Positions 50,546 to 63,050 of a DNA stretch of 64,000 nucleotides are shown here, piece after piece. The stretch's first letter is position 1. Each line of letters opens with the position of its first letter. Where the stretch lies: contig JALMLS010000571.1 of assembly GCA_038496445.1 (NCBI GenBank), forward strand, positions 1-64,000. Reading direction: 5' to 3'. This stretch comes from Trichosphaerium sp. ATCC 40318 (lineage: Eukaryota; Protista; Tubulinea). The notes below the pieces were generated by a model, which saw only the letters and a program-made list of their open reading frames with translations, did no database searches and was not told the DNA's origin. Made by a program: the position numbers and the translations under genes.

Positions 50546-51983
50546 ATGGATCGTCTTACAGCACACGTACTCAAATTAGCATACAAAGCACCAGATTTAG
50601 GTCCAGACGCATTAAAGAGTACTTTTATTACATGCATACACCTTTTTGTTAATTGGTTCGTTCAGAAAAACGCGAAACGCGTATAAAAGTGCTAAAAGGA
50701 TATAAAAGACGTAAGCGTGCTATGCCTAGTGGATTTTGGCAAGATTTAGACAATCAGCGGTATTATCTAGATAACATGGTTGCCCCCAGGATGCGTATTA
50801 TGACATACGATGATTGGTATGCGTCAGGCGTCGATCAACTCATTTATTACGCTGGAGACTTCCTCATGAAGAAGTACGTTTACAAACACATCTCGAGCTC
50901 CACTCGATGCTATATCTCATTAAAAGTTCATTATCAGTGTTGAGGTTCTTTTAGGATACTTTTTCATAATCGTTTTTTTAACACGTGACATTTTAAATCA
51001 CTCACGTGTTTGTCCTTAGACACAATAAGTCCCTTTTTGGATTGCTCAAGGCTAATTACCCAGAGATAGACTGGGAAATTACAAAGTTTAGGTATGTGAT
51101 TAATCACGTCAAAAGTGCTTTGCAACAAGTTCTACTTATTCTAATATGTTTTCTAGGCGTGTTCCTAACAATCACTGGGAGGATATAAAAAACCAGCGTT
51201 TAAAGTTTGATGATATTGGAAAACAACTTAATTTTAAGACATTTGATAATTGGTATCTTGTTAATTGGAAGCAATTAAGCAAGCATAAATGTAGGGGACT
51301 ACTTGCAAGGCACGTTTTAATTTGTAAAATGAGAACATTCTTTTTGGTTAGAACTCAAAGTTTTGCATGCGTGTCAGGCCTTGTCTTTTATTTAAAATTA
51401 GAATGCTGACCTAATTCTTTAAAATAGATACAGCGACTGCATATCAAGAGCACTTGTAGCTATTTTTCCTCAATATCCTTGGGACATTGACAAGTTTGTG
51501 TACGGAAATCCTTGTTTTATTTTTGGATTTTTTTTGCAATGTCTTGGTATTCTATGACTTGCACTTATGCTCAGTCTTATTTTATAGTGTTCTACCTAAG
51601 CGTGAGAAGTTTATTTGGCGTAAATCAGGGTTTTTCGAAACTGCAGAAGAGCTGTTTAAAATAAAGACAAGAGATGATTGGTATCATGTATCACAACAGC
51701 AGTTACAAGATCTTGCTGGTAGTGCTATATTGCAGTATTGGCCAGAACCTCTTATAGAAGCATATCCATCATTTGAATGGGATATCGAACTACTAGCTAA
51801 GGCGAAAAAGGCGACGCAGAGGTAAAAAAAACCCCCCTGTCATCTTTGTTTAGTATTGCCACCTTCTAATATCTTTCATAGAATGCTCGTACTGCACACT
51901 GCTGAAATTTTTAACAACGGGTATTCCAAAATATAGTTTACGTTTAAGACTCCCTTGCTAGTTTGTTCCCTCATCTTGTATAA
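50546..51983 (+). CDS. Trp-rich helical repeat protein (P.G.W...NQR..FD...DWY repeats), multi-exon
   Basis: Three repeats: PSGFWQDLDNQR..DDWY..LKANYPEIDW; PNNHWEDIKNQR.FD..DNWY..ALVAIFPQYPW; FF..AEELF.I..DDWY..LIEAYPSFEW. Confidence 0.7.
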
Positions 51984-52269
51984 AATTTAATAAAGGCGTT
52001 CGGCAAATTATTACCAAATTTGGAGGTATTGATTTAATTAACGGATACCCAATGCTTCAAAGCCCACAATAAATTGTAACAATTTTGTACGGAGTAGCGA
52101 GCCTTAAATCGATTTCTATCACTTATGCCAATCCTGGTAAAGTACGATCGTTGTCTTGGATAAGTGCTGATGTATACTCTAGGTTGTAAGGAATACTTTT
52201 TTATTATACTACCGATATAAGCTATTTGCTTTGGTTTAATACGATTGCACTTAGAACACACTGCGAAGA

Positions 52270-54646
52270 TTATCGCCAAAAAAGTCTTCGTCTTCTTTTT
52301 CTTTGTGGTTTTGCTCCTGATTGAACTTGAAGCTGTAGAAGAGCAGGTCCAAATCCAGCTTCTGCAGCTGCTTGTTGAACGGCTGACCAAGGTACATGCA
52401 CGTTCTTTGGTACTACGGATTATAAGTTAGCAAATACTTAGAAGGACTGGTCAGAATTACCTGTTCCGACTCTTTCACTGGTTTGGAAAAGACCTTCAGA
52501 ATAGCAAGTGTCAATGTTTATTTGATCACTTTCAGCATCTCCAAATTCAGCGGTTTCACGGTTTAGGACAGCGAGGAAACGGTCCATCATTTTGTCATAC
52601 CAGTACATGGTGTATGGAGGAACGACTGATAGGGTATCATTAGAAAAAAAACTTTTCATTTCTAACAATGGAAGTAAAAATGTAGACGTACACAGACTCT
52701 CAGAAGGAGCTAACATAGCATGTGGTACGCCACAAATATTACCCTTTGTGTCAACATCACATCCCTCTTGAATACGGTACATGCACATGTTAACCTGAGT
52801 GATAAATAAGTTAGTAAAACGACAGCTCTAGGAGGGAGTTTTTACCGTTCCACGTGTACTTTTTGAGTTAATAAAACGCGCTGCTTGCCAGATAAGTGAG
52901 TTTCTTGTTATACCATCACGCTCAACAGCAATAACTTCTGTTCTAAGGTTTCTTGTTCTTGATTTAGAAGCTTGAATGATAGATTCACCAGCAGCGGCAT
53001 GAGCAGCAGCGAGATTTTTAACTTTGAAGCTATTTAAGTAACGTAAGATTCAACTTTGATTTGTGTGCTATAACTTACTTGCAATAACCTGCACGTGGGT
53101 CTACATCAAGCATGTGTCTTCTATCCCTTGCGGCAATGCACTTAGCACCCCAACCGTAGTTATCAGAAAGAAGTTTGTCTTTCTATTAATCCACAGATTT
53201 AGAAACGTGCAAAAAACAACAAAATAGTACCTTAGCTTGTGAAAAAAGAGGGAACTCTTCAGGGTTTCTGATGAGATCACTAAAAAGTGACCTGAATACA
53301 ACTTGAATATCAGAGTATTGATTCCTTCAAATAGTATAAGCAAAGATCCAAAAAGAAAGACAACTTCTTTGAAAAAAAAACTCTGAAAAATATCACGTGC
53401 ATTGGGGTACCACCACGCTTTTTAGCGAATGTAGTAGCTAATTTCAAATGTGCCATTACTTTAGAGTTTACTGGTTGTGCTGTTCTTGATTGCTGGTTTG
53501 CATATTCGTGGAGGCATTGAGTCAAGTCCATCTCTAATCCTGTACGTCTTGCTTCCTCTTCGCATTGCTGAACATGTCTATCAAGAAGAGGCTGGGTCAT
53601 GCCAAAGAATGGGGAGAATAATACTTGGGTTTTGTAACTAAAGCGTATACGACGGCTAACAGACTACAGGGTAACAAAAATAAGTGACTGACGGATTTTA
53701 GTGTTAAAAATTGATCATCCTGTTTTTTTTGTTTAAACATCAACACCGTTAACGTACAGCTCTTGAAGTAGCAAGTATGCTTATAGCTGATCCCATGCTC
53801 AAACCCATAGTGTGTACAGGTACAATTCTGTCTAAAGTTGCAAGTTCCTAGCGAAAACAATAAGGTCGGGTTTTATGATTGAAAATGTTTTGCTTGTGAT
53901 GGTACACTTACACTTTGTACGAGTCTGTTCATTCTGTCAACGTATTCGATGTATTGCTGTGGATGCGTAGGTAATACTATTATACAAAAAAACAGAGTGA
54001 GCATTGATAACGAACAACTGTAGTTGTTGTGAACTAAAACGAAGACTAAAAAAACGTACACTCAACGGAATCACCATGAGCACATTCATCCTCTTTACAG
54101 TTTTGTGGATCGAATATCTTACCATGACCAACCATAAGAGGTACGAGAGTAACATACCCGTTCTTAGCAAGGGTTTCTCCAATCCTAGTCATGGAATCGG
54201 GACAGGCTAGTAAAAAACAAGGTTGTTAAAAAACCGGCTGGTTAAATTAGGCAAATAAGGAAAGTTTACCTGTGTATCCATGGAACAAGATGATTAATCC
54301 TTTAACTTCACCTGTTGGTATCCATTTTTGTGGATAACAACGAGCATCTCGGTTTTTTTGATTAACTATACCACATGCGTATGTTAGCCATGGTCTACAA
54401 AGAAACATTCATTAGCAGTGACCATTACAAAGTTCAGCCGAATCCAAAAAAAAATTCGTAAAAAGTGTTTGACGTTTTTTTTTCGTACGAGCGTCTTTCG
54501 CTGCATTCCTTCTCTAGATCAACTTTTCTAGCTCCTGTAGCAAAAGCTAAAGCGATAATTGCTAGACTCACAACAAACCTATTTCAGTGGTTAGCCTGTG
54601 TATTAAAGTACATGATACAACAAACGTACAAGTATTGTAGTTGCAT
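52270..54646 (-). CDS. Secreted alpha/beta hydrolase (Hydrolase_4/lipase-like), many exons
   Basis: Signal peptide MQLQYLFVVSLAIIALAFATG; WIPTGEVKGLIILFHGYT; GY......GHG; late Asp and PHAM His segments. Confidence 0.65.
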
Positions 54647-54996
54647 TAGAGCTGTTGTAACACCGTGGAAAGAGGAATCTAAATGACCTATTTCAGCAAG
54701 TTGAACCAAAAAAGGCAATACACAGTTGTGTTCGTGAACCAAGAAACCTGGCGGTTGGTACACACGCTATAAGTAGTGTGTTGAATAATGCGTGTTTGTA
54801 GCATTCTGAAGATAAATCGCCTTATTGGTAAACTTTTAATGTAAATTTCTTTTATTAACGTAGAAATTACGTATTCGCGCACGAAAAATCACCCGCTACG
54901 GTATTATAAGCTGCAAGTTTATCGAAGTACCTTTTTTTTTTTCGGGAAATTTCGAAAAAGCAAAAGTTTGAACGTTGTTCATAAGAGGTGAGCGTC

Positions 54997-56331
54997 TTAA
55001 TCCTCGAAAACTATTTCTGGTGTTTCTTTTGGCTTTTCTAGAGATTTCAGAACATTCTCAGCAATCTTTTTATAACTTTTGGCACCTGTACAAGTAGTGT
55101 TAGCCAAGTTGATTTCACGTGCTTTTTTTTTGTACCGAGGGAATCAGATTCTGAAAAACTGAGAGGACAGCCCTCATCTGCACCTTTTCGTATGTTTGTG
55201 TCAATTGGTACATCTCCTAGTAATGGTACGTTCATCTTTTCTGCTAAATTCTTCGCGCCGTCTTGACCAAAAATGTGATAGATTTTATCATCTTCGCCTT
55301 TGAAATAGCTCATGTTTTCAACAACTCCAAGAACCTAACAAGGGTATCGTAAGGTTCTAGTTTGAATATCTATATGTATACTTACTGGTACTTTAACCTT
55401 TTCGAACATGTTAATACCTCTAACAACATCGGCGAGTGCTGCAGGTAAAGTTAATTTAAATCAATTAAAATAAAACGCACCAATTGATTGTGGTGTGCTC
55501 ACAATTACAGCTCCATCTAATGGTACACTTTGAGCGATGGTAAGCTGAGCATCACCTGTTCCAGGTGGCATATCTATCACAAGTACATCAAGCTCACCCC
55601 ATTCAACATCATTGAATAATTGTCTAATGGCTGAAATAACCTTTTTTGGAAGGAAAAACGTCAAAAGAAAAAATACTTGTTTCTGAAATATGATCGTACC
55701 ATCGGTCCACGCCATACTATAGCCGTTGCTTCTGATACCAAAAATCCCATAGACATACAGACAATACCATGGTTAGTGAGTGGCATGAGTTTCTTCTTAT
55801 CAGGATCAACAGACGCCAATTTTCCTCTGACATAAATCACTTAAAAAACCCCAACTTTTGACAGATTGTCATGCGTCGCACGTACTCCAAACCCATAGCT
55901 GTTGGTATAGACGGACCATAGATATCTGTAAGATGTTGTAAGCAGATAGCAGCGGCTTCGAAAGCGTTTTACATACCAGCATCGAGAATACCCACTTTCT
56001 TGCCTAGTTTAGTGAGCTCTGCCGCGACGTTGGTTGCCACAGTCGTTTTACCGACACCTCCTTTTCCTAAATGCGGTTATTTCGATAATTAACGGATACC
56101 CACACGCCAATTGCTTCAAAGGGTGTCTCAGATATTTGACATACCTGATGCTACGGCAATCATGTGTTTGACGCCTGGCACATTGAATTTAGGTACATTT
56201 GGACGCTGAGCGCCAGCGTTGAATCGCTTGATGCTTTTTGTGCTGGACTGAACGGAAAACCGCGTTCTGTGCACCTAAGTAGCTTAGAATCCTAATTTAG
56301 CAACAACACGTACTACAGCAGTTCGCAACAT
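54997..56331 (-). CDS. NUBPL: Mrp/NBP35-family P-loop NTPase, mitochondrial Ind1/NUBPL-like
   Basis: [68 protein letters not shown]; Arg-rich presequence. Confidence 0.88.
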
Positions 56332-56443
56332 GACTCCACAAGCAATATTACAACAGTATATTGTACTGGTTTTAAGTCAGAGTTGATTACTTGTTCATAT
56401 AAAATAAACTTAAATAGCACCTTGTGGCTTTCGGCAGTTTGGG

Positions 56444-59400
56444 ATGGAGAAAACCTGGACACAAACGTACTCTCTGGGAGCAGAAATACCTATCCAAATA
56501 GAGCTACTGCAGCCCTACAATATTGGAGAAACACTGTACAAGTCGTTCACAGTGATAGCCACAGATGAAACCTATGAGCTCTATAATAAGTACGTATAGC
56601 AATACGGGCTACCTAGCCTGGTTTGATAGATATGGTACACTAAAATTACCGGATAGCGTAAAAATGCTTCTCGAAACAGGTAAACGGCCCATTTACGCAG
56701 TTATAAGTACGTTGACGCCTTTACACGCAAAACTTGGGCAATGTAGCCAAAAAGTATTCAAAAAGCATCAATCTAATAAAACTAAGCAAAAATCGTTGCT
56801 CCTGAAGCGCCAGACCTCCATCCGTTCATTCAAATTCGCAAACTATACACAAGACGCGAAGTACGCAAACGCTTCAGGGGAAACTTCCACAAAGGTATTT
56901 ACGCCTCTTGATGCACTTCTTCGCTTTTTGGGTGCTTTTAGTAGAAATCACACGTGTCTGCTGTAGCATAGATACCATAAATTGATATATCACGTGGTGT
57001 TAATACGTATGTAGCTGGTTTCCACGAAAACGAACTATTCTTAAGTAAGTATTCTGACAGCACTCAATACCCTTTGGATTCAGTGGTTGACAAAATACTT
57101 CTCACAAAATACTCTGAGTATCAGGATCATTATGCAAGTTTCTTTGTAAGGAGGCAATGGGATAATACAAACAGAGTGATGGAAATGCTGGGTAATGACA
57201 TCGCTGGTTGGCCCAACGGTTTTGGACAACATGACGCTGCAGACGGAGATTTTAAAAGGGCTCAAGTAAGTCTCAATGCACAAGACGAAAATACTGATAT
57301 GCTATAGGCTGATGAAGCTTGTGTCGAAGAGAAAGACATTACACATGATAACACGGAGGATTTTAGTGACAGTCAACTTGGGATGCAATGGCAAACTCAA
57401 GAACTTGACACTCAGTCAAGTCAAAAAACAGCAATTGAAGAAAATGTATCTTCTTTGTTACCAGAAGCCATACCAGAAAGCATACCAGACTCCATCAAAC
57501 CTCTACAATCAATCATAAAGAGAGAAAATACTTTAAACTTACACATTGCATTGCCACTGACAACTACCGAAACTAATGCACTACCTCTTGCAACAAGTGC
57601 ATTAGTAAGAGTTGACACAAAAGTGTTAGATAAATCAAATGTGAAGATGGAGTCTCAAGGCAATCCGGTTAAAAGGAACAATTCAGATACACTAGATATG
57701 GTTGAAGTCAATGAGCAGCCTAAAAAAAAAAGAAGAAAGATTTGCACAGAAAAAACTGAAGTCATACTTATTGATGAAGACGAACAAGACACAAGTCCAG
57801 GTTTTGTTATATTGTCATTATTTGATGGTATTGCTGGAGCTCTAATGTCTCTTCTCAAAGCTAGAGTTAAGGCAAGTTCACTAAGACGTGGTTTCTCTCA
57901 GCTTGAGGTTGTTTTATCTAATTGTTTCTTGTTTTTGCAGATAAAGCATTACTACTATGCAGAAACTGATAAAACATGTGAGAACGTCATGGAAAATATA
58001 ATAAGCTTTGTTTGCAAGCACTAGTACGATTTACTTGTATGTAATTCAGGCAAACTTAATACCAAGTAGCGATTACAAAGAGAGTGATTTCACAAAAGTG
58101 CCAGCAAATGGAGATGTCTTACAAATTGTTAAAAAAACGCTTTCAACATTACATCACAAGATTGATATTGTGATTGCTTCACCTCCTTGTAAACACTTAT
58201 CATGTGCAGGCGTATGTAACAAATATTACTGGAAACGCAACACTCATAATCTTTTTTAGTCCAAGGAGCGTATGGACCATCAACCAACACGTGATAATTT
58301 CTTATATGCAAAACAAATTATTGATTGGATAAAACAAATAAATGGCAAACCACCTTACTTCATTGTCGAGAATGTAGCCAGCAGTACGTACTCAAGAAGT
58401 ATCATTCCCTACATTGACATTTCTGTTTAGTGGGGAAAGAGGCTAAAGATGCAATAAGTAACATATTGGAAGTGCCGCCATTGTGTATAGATGCAAAACA
58501 TTATGGACCTGGTAAAAGAAAACGGCTTTATTGGTGCAACTACATTATGCAGATTGACTCTCAGAAAAAAAGAGCTTTGAGTGTTGCAGACGTTTTATCT
58601 CAAGTACGTACAATAACAACACAACTTAATTTTTGTAAGTATAATCCTTGGATACCTTGCTTACTTTGTTTTCAGAATAAACAATTTCTCCTATCACAAA
58701 GTGCAAATTGTATCACAACTGCTAGTCATAGAAAATGGACATCAACAACACGAGAAGAGATACAAAGATCACCTGCAAAACACAAAAGAAACAATCCTGT
58801 AGTGGATCCTGACGGTAACTTGAGCCACCTGACAGTACTTGAAAAGGAGAGGTAATGGACAACTACTATAGCTATAATAATTTGCTTGTTTATTAACTGT
58901 ACAAAGGTTGATGGGATTCGACCAAGGATGGATTTCAGGGTTAATACCTAAGATTATCACGGAGATACAAGCACATAAGCTAATAGGTAAATCTTTCTCT
59001 TGTTTAGTTGTAGAGCATGTACTACATCGTTTCGCTGACGGTATGACTTTATTTATTGCACGTGTTTTCTTCAACAAACTAACAAATTAATCAAAGTTCA
59101 ACCGGCTCAAGAAGTATCACAAATCCGCACACTTAGGCAGACGACACTGTCTCATTTTATTGTTGATAACCCAGCAAAGGAACTTGATGGTTTTCTTCAA
59201 GTTTCTCAGAAGAGTACTAAAAAGAAGACACCGAAAAGAACATCTACACCTCGTAAAGCCCAGAAACAAAACAAAAGGAAGTTAACTGTAACTTCTTCAC
59301 AACGTCCAAAAAAGAAGAGAAAACAACAAAAAAAGAAAGTTACCCCGCCAGCCAAAAGCGCTTATAATCCATACGCAGCACGTGAAAGGATGAGAGTATG

Positions 59401-59582
59401 TGATGAAGTAAGGAAAGACATGGAGAACATTAACTGATGGTATAAACAAGCGAAATGTCAAGGAACCATTGGGATTGTGGTTGTCGTTGGTGAGCAAGGC
59501 GTATCAAACACAGCAGGCAAAGATTGCATGGTGTCTCAAGAATAGAGGAGTGATAGTTTACAAACGCAGAACTTACAACTAA
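56444..59582 (+). CDS. C5-cytosine DNA methyltransferase with DNMT3-like catalytic domain, N-terminal BAH-like domain and basic/HMG-like tail
   Basis: Motif I LSLFDGIAG, IV ASPPC, VI FIVENVAS, VIII KRKRLYWCN, CITT, IX/X EKERLMGF..GW and KLIGKSFS..VV.H. BAH-like NELFLS..D..PLDSVVDK..FFVRRQWD. Confidence 0.88.
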
Positions 59583-60144
59583 ATAAGCAGCTGCTTTGAC
59601 AGCATACAAAAGGGGGGCGTAATGCGGTGGTGAATATCACATTGGAAATGAAGAAACCTGAAAGTAAGAAAGGAAGAGTATTTAAGACATTTACAAACTG
59701 TTCAGAAACTTGCATAGCCACCCTTTTATTTTTTTTCAAAATTGTTCATACAATAAAAGCGAAGTTGAATCGTACCTCCGACTAGTAGTGATACTAATAT
59801 ACTATATAAATGAATTAGTTTAAACAGGAAGTGGATAGATTTGTGGAATTGACCCGGATTAATGCAAGGTTTTTGTAAAAAAAATCTCAAATGCGGTAAC
59901 AACATTGGTCCACTACGAAAACTGTAGATTACAAGGAAATTTGTACTGTGAGAAATGAAAGTATCTTTAACAAATTTTGGATAATCTGATGATAAATTTA
60001 GGTGCGCTACTGAAATAGGAGATTAAATAAAATCCGCGTCAAATTCCTCTTACAAAAGTTGTTCATTCCCAAGTAGGTGTTGAGGCTGAAAGGGGTTTCA
60101 AAAGAATCCAATCCACAAGTGGAAAATAACAGCTCGTGTTGGTC

Positions 60145-61775
60145 CTATCCATGCAAAAGGTGTGTAACCTTGGCAATAATTACTAAAGGCTTTATCAGGT
60201 CTGTTTCAGCATCAAAGAAATATTGAGGGTGCGGGTCTGCAAACTTCCATTCAACACTATTAGATAGGAATGCTTGCAGATAGTGATAGCCAATATCCTC
60301 ATTCTTGAAGGGATCTACTTCAGCTATTGCGGCATCAACTAATTCTTTGAATTGATCTTCAATTTTAGATATAAGATGATTGTATTCTTCTTCGTTTTCT
60401 TCCTTTTTGTTTTTACGTAATATATCATGTACTGTGTAACTATCAAGAGGTATGAGCTTTCTAAGGGTTCTCAAGGGAAAAGAATCAAATCCTTTAGAGC
60501 GAATAGAGTTGTACTCTTTCCACTCGAAGAACCCTTTTGCAGGAGGCGAGAAATTTTTCTTTGAAACTTCATCTGTATCATCAAGACTAGGTTCAATAGA
60601 GTCGTCGTTATCTTCCTCTTCATCGTTTTCTTTTGGGTCATAAGGGGTATCATCAGGATACTCAAGGCTTTTCCAGAGGTGGCCGTACTTCTCCAACAAC
60701 TTTTCTCGGATATCTTTTGGTGACTTAAGGTATTCGTCATATTTGCACCACATCCTTTCTTTTCTGGGTGTATTTTGTGGTTCAGGTGGGAAATCAGGAT
60801 ATTTCAAATCATGTAGATGCGATGGATCCCTTGGCTTGGAGTTGATCTCTACTAATAGTTTTCTTTCTGATATACAATGATTGTACTCATGAATGCGTTG
60901 TTCAATATTAAAAGCATCAACAAAATCAACTGCATCGATATTATCAAATACATCATCACCGTGAAAATAGCCAAGGAGTTTAAGATTATCTAAAACCGCT
61001 TCATTTTAGCAAGGTGAAGTGATGTTTTTTGAGCGAGATTTAATCAAAATGTTTTCTTGTTTTTTTCTTTCATCATTCAAAATGTTATTCCATTAATGTG
61101 AACATACCTTGAGTAAATATATCTTCAATATTTTCAATGTTAATATTGTTATACTCATACACTGCAGTGTCTATCAAGTAAAGCGGTCCTTGATCGTTTC
61201 CTTTCCCGTACGCTTTAAAAAGAAAGAAATTAGAACTTTTTTCGAAATGAAATTGAGTGTTCTTAGAAACGTGCAGTGAAGTGTTCTGTGCAAATCATGA
61301 ACAAGCATATGTATACGTGGTGTGTAAACTCTGTTCCATACTTTACCATCTTTGAACAATATGGGGCCTTGTTTTTTCAATTTAATCTGAGTATCGAGGT
61401 ATTTCAGTTTTTTTGCGAAACTGAGATACCAAGGTTCCATTTCATCAGTTCTGATTGCTGTAAATAGACATTAGATACACTAGAAATTCCGTTGAAGTAC
61501 GTTTATCTCCATAAAGCGCTTTTGTAAGCGGTTTCCATATAGAGTCATCCAAAGCGAGCTTAACTGCCTTTAGCCTTTCTGATATGATTAAAGGATGTAC
61601 AGTAACGTACTGAAGCGTATTCTTTACATGTAAGCGCGAAATTACCAACTTCATTTGCTCTAAGATAAGAGAGGACGTTCATCATAGGTAAAGAAGGTAC
61701 ATGCTGTACAGAAGTGGGCTGGTTATTTGTACTGACAACCGTAGTCTTTATTCGCTTTTCTGGAGCTCCTTGCAT
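60145..61775 (-). CDS. F-box-like N-terminal domain protein of unknown function, multi-exon
   Basis: VPSLPMMNVLSYLRANEVGNFALTCKEY resembles an F-box; long terminal exon. Confidence 0.55.
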
Positions 61776-62137
61776 TGTTTGTCACTGCTACTTGGCTCAG
61801 TCAAAACTATTCTTTAACCAATCACTGAGACTAGTTTAATTATTTCTATTTCACTGCTAAAAAACGTGTCTACACAAATCAAAAAGCCATTGAGAGCAGG
61901 TAGAACTTCTAAAAAGCATGTGGTGCCATGGTAAAAACAGAAAGACTATACCGTGAATTGTAACAAATTTACATTGCCTTTAACAGAATTAAACGCCGTA
62001 TAGTTCCACCTCACGCCAACAGCGAATCTGTTACTTTGGTTTTAAGATGATTCACATATATAAGTACACAAAAGGGAAAAAGAAAAACGTTGAAACAATA
62101 AATAAGGATTAGTTTTTACATCAGATTTTCTTTTTCA

Positions 62138-63050
62138 TTACGACGATATTCTGAGGACGTCAAAGTCATTTCGTTGTGTCAGTTGATCTATACTGATTGG
62201 TATTGCCCTCGGGTATACGTTGGTGTGTATAGGATATGATTCTATTGCTGTAGTTGCCTGTAGTTGACTGTCGAGTATTGAGAAAGAAGAGTTCGAATCG
62301 CTCTTTGCTTCTGCTTCAACCTTTCCTGGGATAAAAAGTGGTTGTGGTTTTACAACACCTGACCGTGACAGACGTGCACGTTTGCGTCTGTGTATATGTG
62401 CTTTGATGTCACTATTCTTTTGGATGTCAGATGACTCTGGTGGAGTTGGTTTTTTTCGTTTCAAGTTCAAATTTGTACAGAACTTTGGCGCTTTGATTTG
62501 TTGGTGATGAAGTGGTGAACATTGTGTAGGATGTCTCATACGATCTTTCAATAATACCAGAGAGTTTCTTAACATGCGTATGGTTTTCTAAAACAAAAAA
62601 TAAGGTGAGGATCTTTTAAGTTTTTTTTTTTTTCAAGTAAAAGAAGTTTATGTCACGTGAAGAACATGTGATTATTTACCTGTTGTTCAGATATCGTTTT
62701 TTGGTATGATACAATATTTTTTTCAAGTTGATGTCTTTTGGATTCGCGCACAGTCGCACGTGCTCTCCATAGATCAACGTTCTTTGTTATCTTTGATACT
62801 TCATGTTTGCTGTATTGTTTTTTTGTTTTTGTCATCTTGTTTTGATTTTCTAGGATTAGTCAGTTTTGTCTCGGTGGTATTGGGTCTTTAAAGTAATACC
62901 TATGCTCACTACAAGCTTATACAGGCTTTCAGGGATATCAAAATCTAAACCTGAGGTTGGATCTGTCAGTACAATAATGTCGTCGTTTCGTTGAGCGTTC
63001 TAAATAGTTAGAGTTAGTATTATAACGAGTGTACGTGGAGTTCTTGCCAT
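62138..63050 (-). CDS. Hypothetical basic coiled-coil protein, multi-exon
   Basis: Exon ORFs 62653-62835 and 62138-62575 are linked by a GT-AG intron; NLS-like KRKKP and RRKRAR. Confidence 0.45.

Noticed and set aside
52034-52390. 118-aa minus-strand ORF as the hydrolase C-terminus
   Set aside because: Splice phase favours the other frame, ending ...KPQRKRRRRLFWR* at 52270.
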